This document shows, in pieces, positions 53,101 to 64,000 of a stretch of 64,000 nt of DNA. The translations under genes and the position numbers were made by a program. The stretch is from NCBI RefSeq assembly GCF_902652985.1, contig NC_047016.1:52204001-52268000 (forward strand), in the 5' to 3' direction. A model generated the notes under the pieces. That model was given only the letters and a program-made list of their open reading frames with translations. It was not told the origin of the DNA and did not search any database. Position 1 is the stretch's first letter. The number at the start of each line of letters is the position of its first letter. This DNA comes from Pecten maximus. Its lineage: Eukaryota.

Positions 53101-56100
53101 CATCGGTACAGTCTCTCAGATCAGTTACTTCTAAAGAACATAAAGTTGGTAAAGTTAAATACATTTCAAAATAGAAATATTTATAACAATATAGTTTTGA
53201 AATGTACGAAATTATCAACTTGATAAAATACATAATAATCATCGCTCATATCATCACAAATGGTGACAGAGCTCTTTTTTAACATCTAGATATTGCGCTT
53301 TCTGTTTGCCGCATTGTAATCCGCAAAGCCAAGAGAGAAATGTTGACAGAAGACTGGAAGAAACTGAACCGGGTCTGGTGTGCCTGGTTCATGAATATAT
53401 ATGTCAGTGTTCACTGACAGGAAAGAAATATGGTGAAATCCAAACAGCGCTTTACGAAAACCATGTTACATGTATCTGTTTGATATCCTTTTATGTTTAC
53501 GGTCAAATAGATGACTGCTGAAAGCAGATTTTAAATGCTGTGAAATATTCATATATAGTATTTTTTAAAACAATATTACTCAGCGTGTAAAGATTCCCGG
53601 ACACATTGAAAATGTTCGATCGGTCGTGGAAAGTACAGACGCCGGATATTTCATCGTATGACACAGTTTCTCGTTGCCTGGTCAACCCATACGCTAGACA
53701 CGCCGATAACGAGACAGCTGAGGTCTGGTTCCCTCCAGTTTCCGGAAGTAAACACATGTCAACTGTAGCTACTCGGGCCCAATACTGTTGTTTTGTTGAC
53801 GCTGCTCCTCCAATTACTGTAATATCGAAGGATATGCATTATTGCTAGGTTATATAAGAGCTGCACGTACAATTTGAAAAATCAATGTATCGTGTCAAAC
53901 TTGTTTCGATAGTCAACGGCTTGTTCCCTTTATCGTTATTTCCCTGACACAAATGTACTTTACGGTTATGAGTGATGTACTTTGAAAAAAAAAAAACGTA
54001 TCCGGGAGCTATATGATCCCAATTATGATACCATTCAATACTTTTAATGGAGCAATATGATCTCATTTATCAACATATCTGGGGATTCCATTGTCACTAC
54101 CGTGGTTCTCATTTCTAGGACGTGACATAGCCGTGTTGTCACTAAAGCTTAAAACGCCTTTACTTTTTCAACTGTTAACGTTACAATCTATATTTTGTTA
54201 GTATAATCATTAACTTACATGACTGTATTTGTACAATTAAAATTTTCCAAAAAGCTCTAGTTGCATTTCGTGAGATATGTCTCTAAATTTGATGATGTCA
54301 TAAATGCATATTGTCGTTGTTTACATTGCATATAGATCAACACTTAAAAACAAATCGTATCCAGCCTACAATGTTGACAAGCAACAATAACTTTAATGGC
54401 AAGCATTAACAACCATGCTTAATGAGCTATCTATCTCATTCACCTGTCGATTTAAATATTCGAATCATTTAAATATCATTTCTCGGTTGACAGCTTTGAA
54501 TAAAACAGAAAAGTAGAAATATCAATATACTACAATATATGTTTTGATTGTGTTCAACAGTTATGTCGCTATCTGTGTACAGCAATATCCCCGTGCTAAT
54601 ACGTTTTGCATAACAACAACAGATCAGGGAGATCACTGTATATGGAATTGATAATAAAATCACGTGACAAAAATCTCCCGAAATGCATTTTTCTTTTCAG
54701 CCAACTGCATGAATGAAGTTGGATCACGGGAGTCGTTTTACTACGTGTGTTACTAATAAATACACAGGTTTTGTACATATTTAGGAAACTCCCTGCTGGA
54801 CGTGGATTTACATCAAAAGTTAAAAATAAGTTGAAGGCGAATATTTACCTTCACTGGAACTAGACTTGATATAGGATCTTACTGGAACTACATGTGAAAA
54901 GAAACACTATCTCACATCCAGTTAAAGTAAGACTCTATTTCACATCTAGTTCCAGAAAGACACTACGTCTAGCTAAAATAAGACACTATATCAGGTTTTG
55001 TTCCAATAAGACACTATCTCACGTCTAGTTCCACTGAGACACTATCTCACGTCTAGTTCCACTGAGACACTATCTCACGTATAGTTCCTTTGATATACTA
55101 TATCACGTCTAGTTCCTTTGATATACTATATCACGTCTAGTTCCTTTGATATACTATATCACGTCTAGTTCCTTTGATATACTATATCACGTCTAGTTCC
55201 TTTGATATACTATATTACGTATAGTCTTAATGAGACCCTGTCTCCAATCTAGTTCAGAAAAAAACACTATATAACGTCTAATTGTAGTAAGAAACTATTT
55301 CAAGTCTAGTTCCAGAAAGACAATATATCTCGTCTAGTTCATTTGAGACACTATCTCACGTATAGTTTTATTGAGACACTGTCTCACGTCTAGTTACAGT
55401 AAGACACTATCTTCGGTCTAGTTCCTTTGAGACACCGTCTCACATATAATTCCTTAGATATACTATATCACGTATAGTTCTATTGAGACACTGTCTCATA
55501 TCTTCTTCGTTTTAGACACTATCTCACGTCTAGTTCAAGAAAAACACTATATAACGTCTAATTAAAGTAAAAAACTATTTCTCAAGTCTAGTTCCAGAAA
55601 GACACTATCTCTCGTCTAGTTCATTTGATACACTATCTCACATATAGTTACAGTAAGACACTGAATCACGACTGGTTCTATTGAGACACTATTTAACGTC
55701 TAGTTCTAGTAAGACACTATCTTCGGTCTAGTTCCTTTGAGACACTATCTGACGTCAGTTTCAGAAAGATACTATATCTCTTATCTTACTTTATTGACAC
55801 ACTATTTCACGTCTAGTTCAACTGAGACACTCTCTCAAGACTAGATCCATTGAGACATTGTTTCAAGTCTTGTTTTATTGAGGCACTGTCTCACGTCTAG
55901 TTCCAATGAGACACTGTATCACGCCTAGTTCCAATGAGACACTGTATCACGTCTAGTTCCACTAAGACACTATATCACGTCTAGTTCCAGTTAGACATAA
56001 TCTCGCGTCTAGTTCCAGCTAGACACTTTCTCACGCCTAGTTCCAGTGAGACGTCTAGTATTATTCCAGTAAGACGCTATTTCACGTCTAGTTCCAATGA

Positions 56101-59100
56101 GACACTCTCTAGCGTTTAGTTCCAGTGAGTCACTATCTCATGTCTAGTTCCAGTAAGTCACTATATAAAGAATGGGCGCGCCACTAATCCACGACAAAAA
56201 CGTGACTATTAAAGTGGTCTGATTGCATAGTGGTAGCACACTTGCTTTCACCTAGGCGGCTCGGGCTCGATTCCCTGATCGGAAGTGAAAAGTTATGGGA
56301 TTACCTTCCCGAACAAGTGAGGTTTTTCGCGTGCTCTGGTTGACTCTCACAGTAAGACCCCTCGCACTCTTTCATCTAGTTAAACAAGTGTGATGAATAT
56401 AAGCCGAAAAAAAGTTATTTCGCAATTATTGTAAAATAAATGAAATATACATTTACATAATCTACGGCACTGGAGGACACAAGTTTCGGGTCTCAAAATA
56501 CTGCCAAATTTCAAAAAGGTTTTCTCTATTAATTTTTATCCGATTTAACATCTCAAAATGCCAGTGTGACAATACAAAGCTATATTTTAAGATTACCGCA
56601 TAACTCCTCCACTAATGTAAGTCCACAATGCTTAAATTGTCTCGAACTCTAAACAAGTTACACCTATTTGACTACATTCCGTGTAATTTCGCTTCACGGG
56701 GATTCGGTTTTATTTTTTTCATTTATTTTTTAATTATAATAATTTTCAGTCGTGACAAGATCCTGCCTCCCAACTATGGTAAATACAATCTGAGGTGTAT
56801 TTGGATTGATAAAAAATACTTTAAAAAAAATAAAGGAAAAGGGCAGGTATTGATTATAACAATATATTAACACAACATGTAGGTGAAAATATATCCAGGG
56901 GAAAATATGGCAAGGCAATTAGCTACGTCATCCATGTTTTAAGTTAATAAGTGGCTCCTATGTCAGGTCAGAGGTTACATGACAGGGCCATTAGTCACAT
57001 CATTCATTCAAGTTTCAGTTGGTAGCCCCTGGGACATGTCAGAGGTAACATGATGGGGCTATTAGCCATGCAGTTCTAGTTCAGTTGGTAGCCCCTGGGT
57101 CATGTCAGAGGTAACATGGTGGGGCTATTAGCTATACCTGTAGGACACCAGGTAGACCTTGTGGCATTAAATCCATTGGTCAATATTAATGTCGCATGCA
57201 TTTTTCTCAAAAGCATTTTTCAATTACATAGGCAAAGTACAATGCTTACCAGAAAGCAGCCATCTGGCTCCACCAAACAAACAAAGCAACCCAGGGTTCG
57301 ACGTACAGACTCATCAATACCCATAGCCAACCAGCAGCCACCACAGCCGCAGCCCGTACTAACAGCTATTAGAGCTATTTACAGCTTAATGACAAATAAC
57401 ATGCAAGATCCCAGCAAGGGCACAACACCAGCCCCTACACCAACTGCCCAACCACTAGCACAAGACCAGGAGATATCAGTAACCGATCTTCTAGAGGAGA
57501 CCACAGAGGACACTCCTGGGAGCCTTATACCCGAAATAACAGTGACAGGTAGCAATCGACCGCTAGATTGCAACATTGACCCCAAAACTAAGAGCCAGAT
57601 ATGGGCAAACCAATATGTAGATTTGGGGACTTTAGTATTTGAGGCTAAACCCCAGGTCTTGGATATCTAAAGTACCTCAGGGAAGTTTGGCCTTGTCCCT
57701 AGGTATAAATCGTATAGAATCAACACCATAGAGAAATGGAACGAGGCTTTCAGGGTCTTTGTTGCAATCTATGCACAGGAATATCCAAATAATACCCCAC
57801 AATTAATGAAGTATAGTGCCATGGTAAATACAATAGCCACTGATAAGGGGGATTGGCAATTCTATGACACTTACTTTAGGAAATGGAAGGCACAGGAAAA
57901 CCTACAATGGGGTAGTTTAAATACTGAGTTGTATACCCAGGCAATCACTAAAGGGTTCACTAAAACGAATAATTTTCGAGGCCAACAAGCTAACGGAACC
58001 ACAAACACCAACAGCCGCATGCGTAAAGTTTGTTTCCCATTCAACAGAGCAGTATGTTCCAGACAAAACTGCAGATTCCTTCACAAATGTGAGCAGTGTG
58101 GGGGAGATCATTCCAAAAAATCCTGTCCAGGGTCCACTGGCAAGGCGGGGTCAAGCGGTTCCTCCTCCCAGGGAAATAAAAACAAATAACCGTAATACTG
58201 GTATATACAGCTCAGCCCCAGTAGTTACTCCTATCAATGTACCTAGGCTTAAATATTGGCTAAAAGGTTATCCATCACATTTAGCAGACAATCTCATTGA
58301 AGGGCTTACCAATGGTTTTCATCTCCATTATTCTGGTCCAAGATTATTTAGAGATGCAGATAACTTAGTTTCAGTAAAACAACATCCAGAGATATTACGA
58401 GCTAAAATAGATAATGAAAAATCCTCGGGCAGGATTGAGGGGCCTTTCGATACCCCACCATTTGAGAACTTGCATGTTTCTCCTCTAGGTTTAGTACCAA
58501 AAAATCCCCTAATGAGTTTAGAGTAATCCATCACCTTAGTTACCCAGAGGGTTCTTCTATCAATGATGGTATTCCTTCGGAGGAATGCTCAGTTCAATAC
58601 CAAACCATTGATCATGCAATATCCCATATCTGTAGCATAGGAGTAGGTGCCATAATGGCTAAAACCGATATTGAATCTGCATTTAAATTAATACCTATAA
58701 GTCCTGAAGATCATGAATTATTAGGCTTAAAAGTAGATGGAAAATATTATTTTGACAAAACCTTACCGATGGGAGCATCTGTATCATGTAGTTTATTTGA
58801 AAGTTTCAGTACTGCACTACACTGGGTGGCGGAGCATAAATTGGGGATAAATTATTGTGTTCATGTGTTAGATGATTTTTTAATAGCTACCTCCCCTGAA
58901 ACAGCAAAATGCCAAAGTCAGTTGGACAGTTTTTTTTATTCTGCAAAGAGATTAGGACTCCTATTAAATCAGAAAAAACTAAAGGTCCTTCAACAATTAT
59001 GGTACTTTTAGGGATTGAACTGGATTCCATTCTTATGGAAGCTAGGCTACCCATGGACAAAATAAACAAGATCAGGAACAACATCAATCACATGATCACT

Positions 59101-61370
59101 CGTAAAAAAGTTACTCTTAAGGAAATACAATCCTTGATTGGTCTCCTGAATTTTTCGTCCAGAGTTGTCGTCCCTGGTAGAGTATTTCTCAGACGTTTGA
59201 TAAACTTGACAAAATGGTTTAAACGCCCTCATCACTGGATTCGAATCACTCAAGAGGCTAGGAAAGATTTAGCAATGTGGTTAAGTTTTATCACAGATTT
59301 CAATGGTAAAACCATGTTTTTAGATTACATATGGGAAAATTCAAACCAGCTCCACCTTTACACTGATTCCAGTAATATTGGCTTTGGGGCAATTTTTCAA
59401 AACTCATGGTTTTGTGGAAGATGGGCTGAATCTGTTTTTCCTTGCCATATTTCAGTGCAATAATTTTTCCCATTAGTATTGGCCAAAGAAACCTGGGGGT
59501 ACAAGTTCCAAAATAAATGCATTATGTTCCATTCTGACAACTTGGCTCTAGTAGAAGTTGTTAACCGTCAAACAGCTAAGGACATTAACCTAACGTCCCT
59601 AATTCGCAGATTGGTTTTAATATGCCTAAAGAATAACATTCTGTTTAAAGCATGCCATATTCCTGGTATCCAAAATACTGCTGCGGATATGCTCTCACGA
59701 TTTCAGATCAGTGCTTTTCTGAGGGAACATCCCCAAGTCAACAAAGAGCCGGAATTCCCCTTAGGCCATCTCTGGACAATCTTCTGATGCATAAGGAATT
59801 GTTTCTAACCAGTGCGCTTGCTCCACGGTCACGTAAAGTTTACAAGAAAGCATATAGTGAGTTACAGAACTTTGCTAACTCAAACGATTTAGAGTTTGAA
59901 CTGTTTCCCACTAGTGTTCAGTGTTTATCCTTATGTATTGCTTACAGTTCTACACGAGGCCTGGCAGCATCAACAATACCAACATATGTATCAGCCATAG
60001 GGTATTATAACAAACTGGCTGGTCACCCTGACCCTGGCAATAATTTTGTTATTCACAAGATGTTGAAAGGTTATTCAAAGTTAAATCGAGCTACAGATTT
60101 ACGCCTGCCCATTACTTACCATATCTTATGCAAGTTATTAACAGGTGTGAAACACACTACGGGTAGTCGGTATGAACGAACTCTGCTGCAAGCCATGTTT
60201 CTCTTAGCATTCCACAGTTTCCTGAGAAAAGGGGAGATAACCCAGAGGTCTAAAAGTGATGATCCCTGCATCACATCAACCGGTCTCATTTTTACCAAAT
60301 CCAAGGGGATTATTTCCCAGTTTAGTTTTACATTACAACATTTCAAAGGTCATTATGGCAACCCAGTGACCTTGAATGTTTTGGCCAACTCTTCCATTAA
60401 CTCTCCTGTTAAAGCCATGTTAAATTATGTAAAGATGCGTGGGGCCAATTCAGGGCCCCTTTTTGTCTTACCAGGACAGATACCAGTTCCTCGGCCTTAT
60501 TTTCCCCATCACCTTAACCGTGCCCGCATTTGGGCGGATCTGGACCGTGCTAGATTCAAAGGACACAGTTTCCGTATCGGCTCGGTCACATCTGCTCTGA
60601 CCTTTCCGGATGTACAGTGGCGGTATTGAACCCCACCTTCGTGGCAAATGCATATATTTCTTGAAATATCTAGTCAATTTGGTATCTAGTCAATTTGCTA
60701 GTAATTTGTTAACCAGAATGATTACATAAATGTTGTGTCTCCCTTGGGATTATTGGTCTCTGGGTGACTGGATAGTTCTTCTAAGTCATATAAGTCTAGT
60801 CAATTTTTGTAATAATTGATGCTACTACAATCATTTGACTCATTACACATTTTGTTGTATTACCCTTGGGATCATTGGTCTTTGGGTGAATGGCAAATAC
60901 CTATGGAGAACTGTAAATCTTCAATAGCTAGGTATTTGTTTTTTTGTAATTGAATTGTACCATTTATTTGGTCACCCATGGGATTATCGGTCTCTGGGTG
61001 ACACTGACGTCGTTTGGAGTTTAATAAACGACCTTTTTCATTCAGTACGTCTTTGTCATTTCATTATTGGCCACGAACAAGCAGCTTACGTGATTTAACA
61101 TAAAGGATAATTTGTGTTTCAATTTAGGAATATTGATCAACATGAAACTGAAAGGAAAAATATTCCGAGGGATGCTACTGGAAGCAGACGGAACAAAAAT
61201 AGTTGATTCTGAAACTGTTTTGTTTACTCGATGTTTAAGCCTATTCAGCTCATTGATCATTAATCATTTATACTACAAAAAAATCTAGAATGGAACAGAG
61301 AATAATTAAAATTTTAATATAAAATCATCTTACCTGATAGGACTAGTAATGAAACTTCCAAGTGCATCAT
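50155..61370 (-). CDS. FReD-3 (PAN-like + fibrinogen-domain protein)
   Basis: Exons 61370-61334 (MMHLEVSLLVLS, phase 1, GTAAG donor; inferred), 53816-53580, 53130-53000, 52375-52279, 52121-51957 and 50405-50155; frame intact. Confidence 0.85.
51250..51895 (-). mobile_element. Duplicated copy of the 42055 palindromic element
   Basis: Near-identical sequence at the same intron position. Confidence 0.72.
54851..56165. repeat. 28-bp minisatellite (~1.3 kb) with two inverted units at its left end
   Basis: Unit agacactatctcacgtctagttccactg; 54851-54900 contains reverse-complement units (cactggaactagac...). Confidence 0.9.
57116..58189 (+). pseudogene. Gag-like ORF1 of the YR retrotransposon (in-frame stop at 57668-57670)
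   Basis: KSQIWANQYVDLGTL, EKWNEAF, WQFYDTYFR..., and zinc finger CFPFNRAVCSRQNCRFLHKCEQCGGDHSKKSC. Confidence 0.8.
58190..59787 (+). pseudogene. Reverse transcriptase / RNase H ORF2 (frameshifts ~58500, ~58930, ~59470; stop 59461)
   Basis: VSPLGLVPK, FRVIHHLSYP, AKTDIESAF, LPMG, VLDDFL, LGIELDS, LYTDSSNIGFGA, FHSDN and HIPGIQNTAADMLSR. Confidence 0.9.
59786..60629 (+). pseudogene. Tyrosine recombinase ORF3, C-terminally truncated
   Basis: N-terminal core-binding region (RLPIT), AFHSFLRKGE (catalytic R) and FKGHSFRIG (HxxR); the following GRW..S...Y segment is missing. Confidence 0.85.
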
Positions 61371-61722
61371 GTATCTTCTCTCACAAAGTGTATTGCCTAA
61401 TGTTCCAATTGGAATACTTCGCTTTAGATGAGATAGGACGATGCTTATTATAGTGTGTACTGCAGTTATGACACAACTTATGTGTAACCCTGGTTGGATG
61501 TTAAATATGGAAGAACACATGGAGCGACGGTAATAAAGGTTTGTTTCGTTAATTATTAGTGAGGCATATTGCCATGTTGTACTTTAAAGGCTTAACTGTT
61601 AACAAAACACATGTATACTTTATACCATACATTTTCATCCAAAGATATTTGGCTCACTTATTCATTCCTATTATCACATTTTGCACTGAATATCATTTTT
61701 CCTATTTCATAAAAGCTTATTA

Positions 61723-62745
61723 CCATGGATAATGGGATTCTAATTCGCAAGGGTAACGGGATTTTGATTCCCATAGGTAACGGGATTCTTATTCCCTTGG
61801 GTAACGGGATTCTTATTCCCATGGGTAACGGGATTCTTATTCCCTTGGGTAACGGGATTATTATGGCTATGGGTATCGGGATTCTTATTCCCATGGGTAA
61901 CGGGATTCTTAATCCAATAGGTAACTGGATTCTTGTGGCAATAGGGAAACGGGATTCTTATTCCCATGGGTAACGGGTTTCTTATTCCAATGGGTAACGA
62001 GATTCTTATTCCCATGGGTAACGGGGTTCTTATGGTTATGCGTATCGGGATTATTATTCTAATGGGTAACGGGATTCTTATTCCCATGGGTAAGGAGATT
62101 CTTATTCCCATGGGTAACGGGGTTCTTATGGTTATGGGTATCGGGATTATTATTCTAATGGGTATGGGGATTCTTAATCTTATTGGTTACGGGGTTCTTA
62201 TTCCCATGGGTAACGGGATTCTTAATCTTATGGGTAACGGGGTTATTATTCCCGTTGGTAACGGGATTCCTAATCTTATTGTTTACGGGGTTCTTATTCC
62301 CATGGGTAACGGGATTCTTAATCTTATGGGTAACGGGTTTCTTATTCCCATGGGTAACGGGATTCCTAATTTTATTGGTTACGGGGTTCCTATTCCCATG
62401 GGTAACGGGATTCCTAATCTTATTGGTTACGGGGTTCTTATTCCCATGGGTAACGGGATTCCTAATCGTATTGGTTACGGGGTTCTTATTCCCATGGGTA
62501 ACGGGATTCTTAATCTTATGGATAACGGGGTTCTTATTCCCATGGGTAACGGGATTCCTAATCTTATTGTTTACGGGGTTCCTATTCCCATGGGTAACGG
62601 GATTCCTAATCTTATTGGGTACGTGGTTCTTATTCCTGTGGTTAATGGGATTCCCAATCTTATTGTTAACGGGGTTCTTATTCCCATGGGTAACGATATT
62701 ATTATTCCCATGGGTAACGGGATTATTATTCCCATGGGTAATGAC
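61723..62745. repeat. Expanded 24-bp VNTR (~42 units) ~350 bp upstream of FReD-3 exon 1
   Basis: catgggtaacgggattcttattcc units, partly alternating as a 48-bp dimer; no SINE insertion. Confidence 0.93.
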
Positions 62746-62949
62746 CCCGCCTCTTAATGACCCTGGCTGTTCACATGGCGATTAACTCATCAAACAAACT
62801 CAGCGGCACGCTTCTCAGAAGATGCTTTCCCTTTTGAAACACCTTGTCTTAACATTGTTCTTTGAACGACCCCTCCTCCAACATTTATCTTACATGCCGG
62901 CAATATATCATCTTTTTTCGAGAGTAATGGTTTAAGTAAGGATTGATCA

Positions 62950-63250
62950 TATGTCTATCTGTATATTACAACACAGTCCCCATTGTGAATCTTAACATGC
63001 TTGACATTGCGTCTTTCTGTATATTAAAATTCAGACTACCTTGTCTATCGCAAAATGTTTAACACCGCTTCTGTCTGTCAATTACAATTAAGATTGCCTT
63101 GTCAATCTCAATACGTTTGACTATTCTTCTATCTGTATATTACAACACCGACTGCCTTTTCTATCACAATATGTTTAACACTTCTTCTGTCTGTATATTA
63201 CAATACAGACGGTCTTGTCTATCACAATATGTCTTACAATGCTTCTGTCC
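62950..63250. repeat. Degenerate ~55-60 bp tandem repeat
   Basis: Recurring ctgtctgtatattacaa...ttgtctatcacaatatgtttaacac, about five copies. Confidence 0.7.
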
Positions 63251-64000
63251 GTCACTGATTTATTCATATAAAGACAGAGGACCCTTCCTTTATTATAGCT
63301 GTCAGAAGTTGTTGAATAGGGCAAAGGCAGTAGAGGAAGTCAAAATTTGTCTGGTCAAACAGTAGTTTAGTTTAGAGAATCAGACTGTGTGTACAGTGGT
63401 AGTAATACTACTAGTGAGGATAAGATTAGTCGAGATCAACTTAAACTAATTTCAGAAAGGCTGGGCGATATAGGAAAATGACAGTCTTAACAACGAGATA
63501 ATATTTCTTGAACAAATTAAAACTGTGTTCTAGAAGCCGTTATTTGGACAAAAATAGTGTTCATATATCAGAATTGTTTTTCTTTTGTTTACCGACTCCT
63601 ATATCACAGTATTGAACATTTGAAATAAAAGTCAACGCTTCTATATGTACTTTTCTGTTACGTGTAGGGAGAAAACTAGATTGTTTAAACATTAATACTG
63701 ACGGTGTATCAGCATTGCATTGTCTTGTTAGTTATCTTGATCAATGTCAGGATACAGTCGTTAAACTAACTATATATAAACTATGTTAGGTACAGTGAAA
63801 TGGTACGGAATAAATAATTGAAGGGACAAAGTAAAAGCGGGGTACTTTTATGCCGCATTACATACCGATAGTTTCATATCTTTGTGCGAGAACGGCAATG
63901 ATTATTAGATAGGATGCTGTCTCTAATTATCAAAATATACCTCAGCTCTTACAGTGAAGACATATTCATTATTAGTGACAAGTGAAAAGATGGGATCCCC

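Larger units (their letters stand above)
31061..53676. repeat. Tandem segmental duplication (unit 1 ~31061-44410, unit 2 ~44411-53676)
   Basis: 31.0-35.0 kb is near-identical to 44.4-48.1 kb (offset 13350 at the PAN exon); 39.0-44.4 kb is near-identical to 48.3-53.6 kb (offset about 9.2 kb). Confidence 0.92.
56750..61080 (+). mobile_element. Ngaro/DIRS-type tyrosine-recombinase retrotransposon, decayed; boundaries approximate
   Basis: gag - RT/RNase H - YR order, no methyltransferase domain after RNase H, no integrase or LTRs; 5' ~66-71 bp tandem repeats and 3' repeated motifs plus AATAAA. Confidence 0.9.

Noticed and set aside
57116-60629. Intact, active retroelement with programmed frameshifts
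   Set aside because: Two shifts lie in homopolymers and could be sequencing errors, but in-frame stops (57668, 59461) and loss of the YR catalytic Tyr indicate real decay.
61966-62785. 263-aa MGNGILIP-repeat protein
   Set aside because: The 24-bp VNTR is open in multiple frames on both strands; paralogous arrays are SINE-interrupted and frameshifted; no splice or signal context.

Overview
AT-rich, intron-rich animal genomic DNA, most likely a bivalve mollusc (scallop-like, judged from V- and Meta-type tRNA SINEs and the gene content). The window holds the 3' ten exons of an NRF-6/OACYL-type acyltransferase-3 gene (+, 658-7369), a complete 3-exon NNMT/INMT/PNMT-family methyltransferase (-, 10541-12741), and a 9.4-kb array of a 37-38 bp minisatellite (13481-22860) in which most units carry a close match to the CTCF core motif, all in one orientation. 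Further on are three tandem secreted PAN/apple-like + fibrinogen-domain (FReD) genes on the - strand. The middle one is a chimera whose unequal-crossover point maps to 44411-44450. Mobile DNA includes a decayed Ngaro/DIRS-type tyrosine-recombinase retrotransposon in intron 1 of FReD-3, several palindromic Crypton-like non-autonomous elements (one keeps the recombinase C-terminus), an IS3EU-like MITE with a 6-bp TSD and a visible empty paralogous site, an Academ-like fragment, SINEs and many minisatellites. No prokaryotic features or CRISPR arrays. All exon coordinates were read by eye from GT/AG sites and frame continuity.
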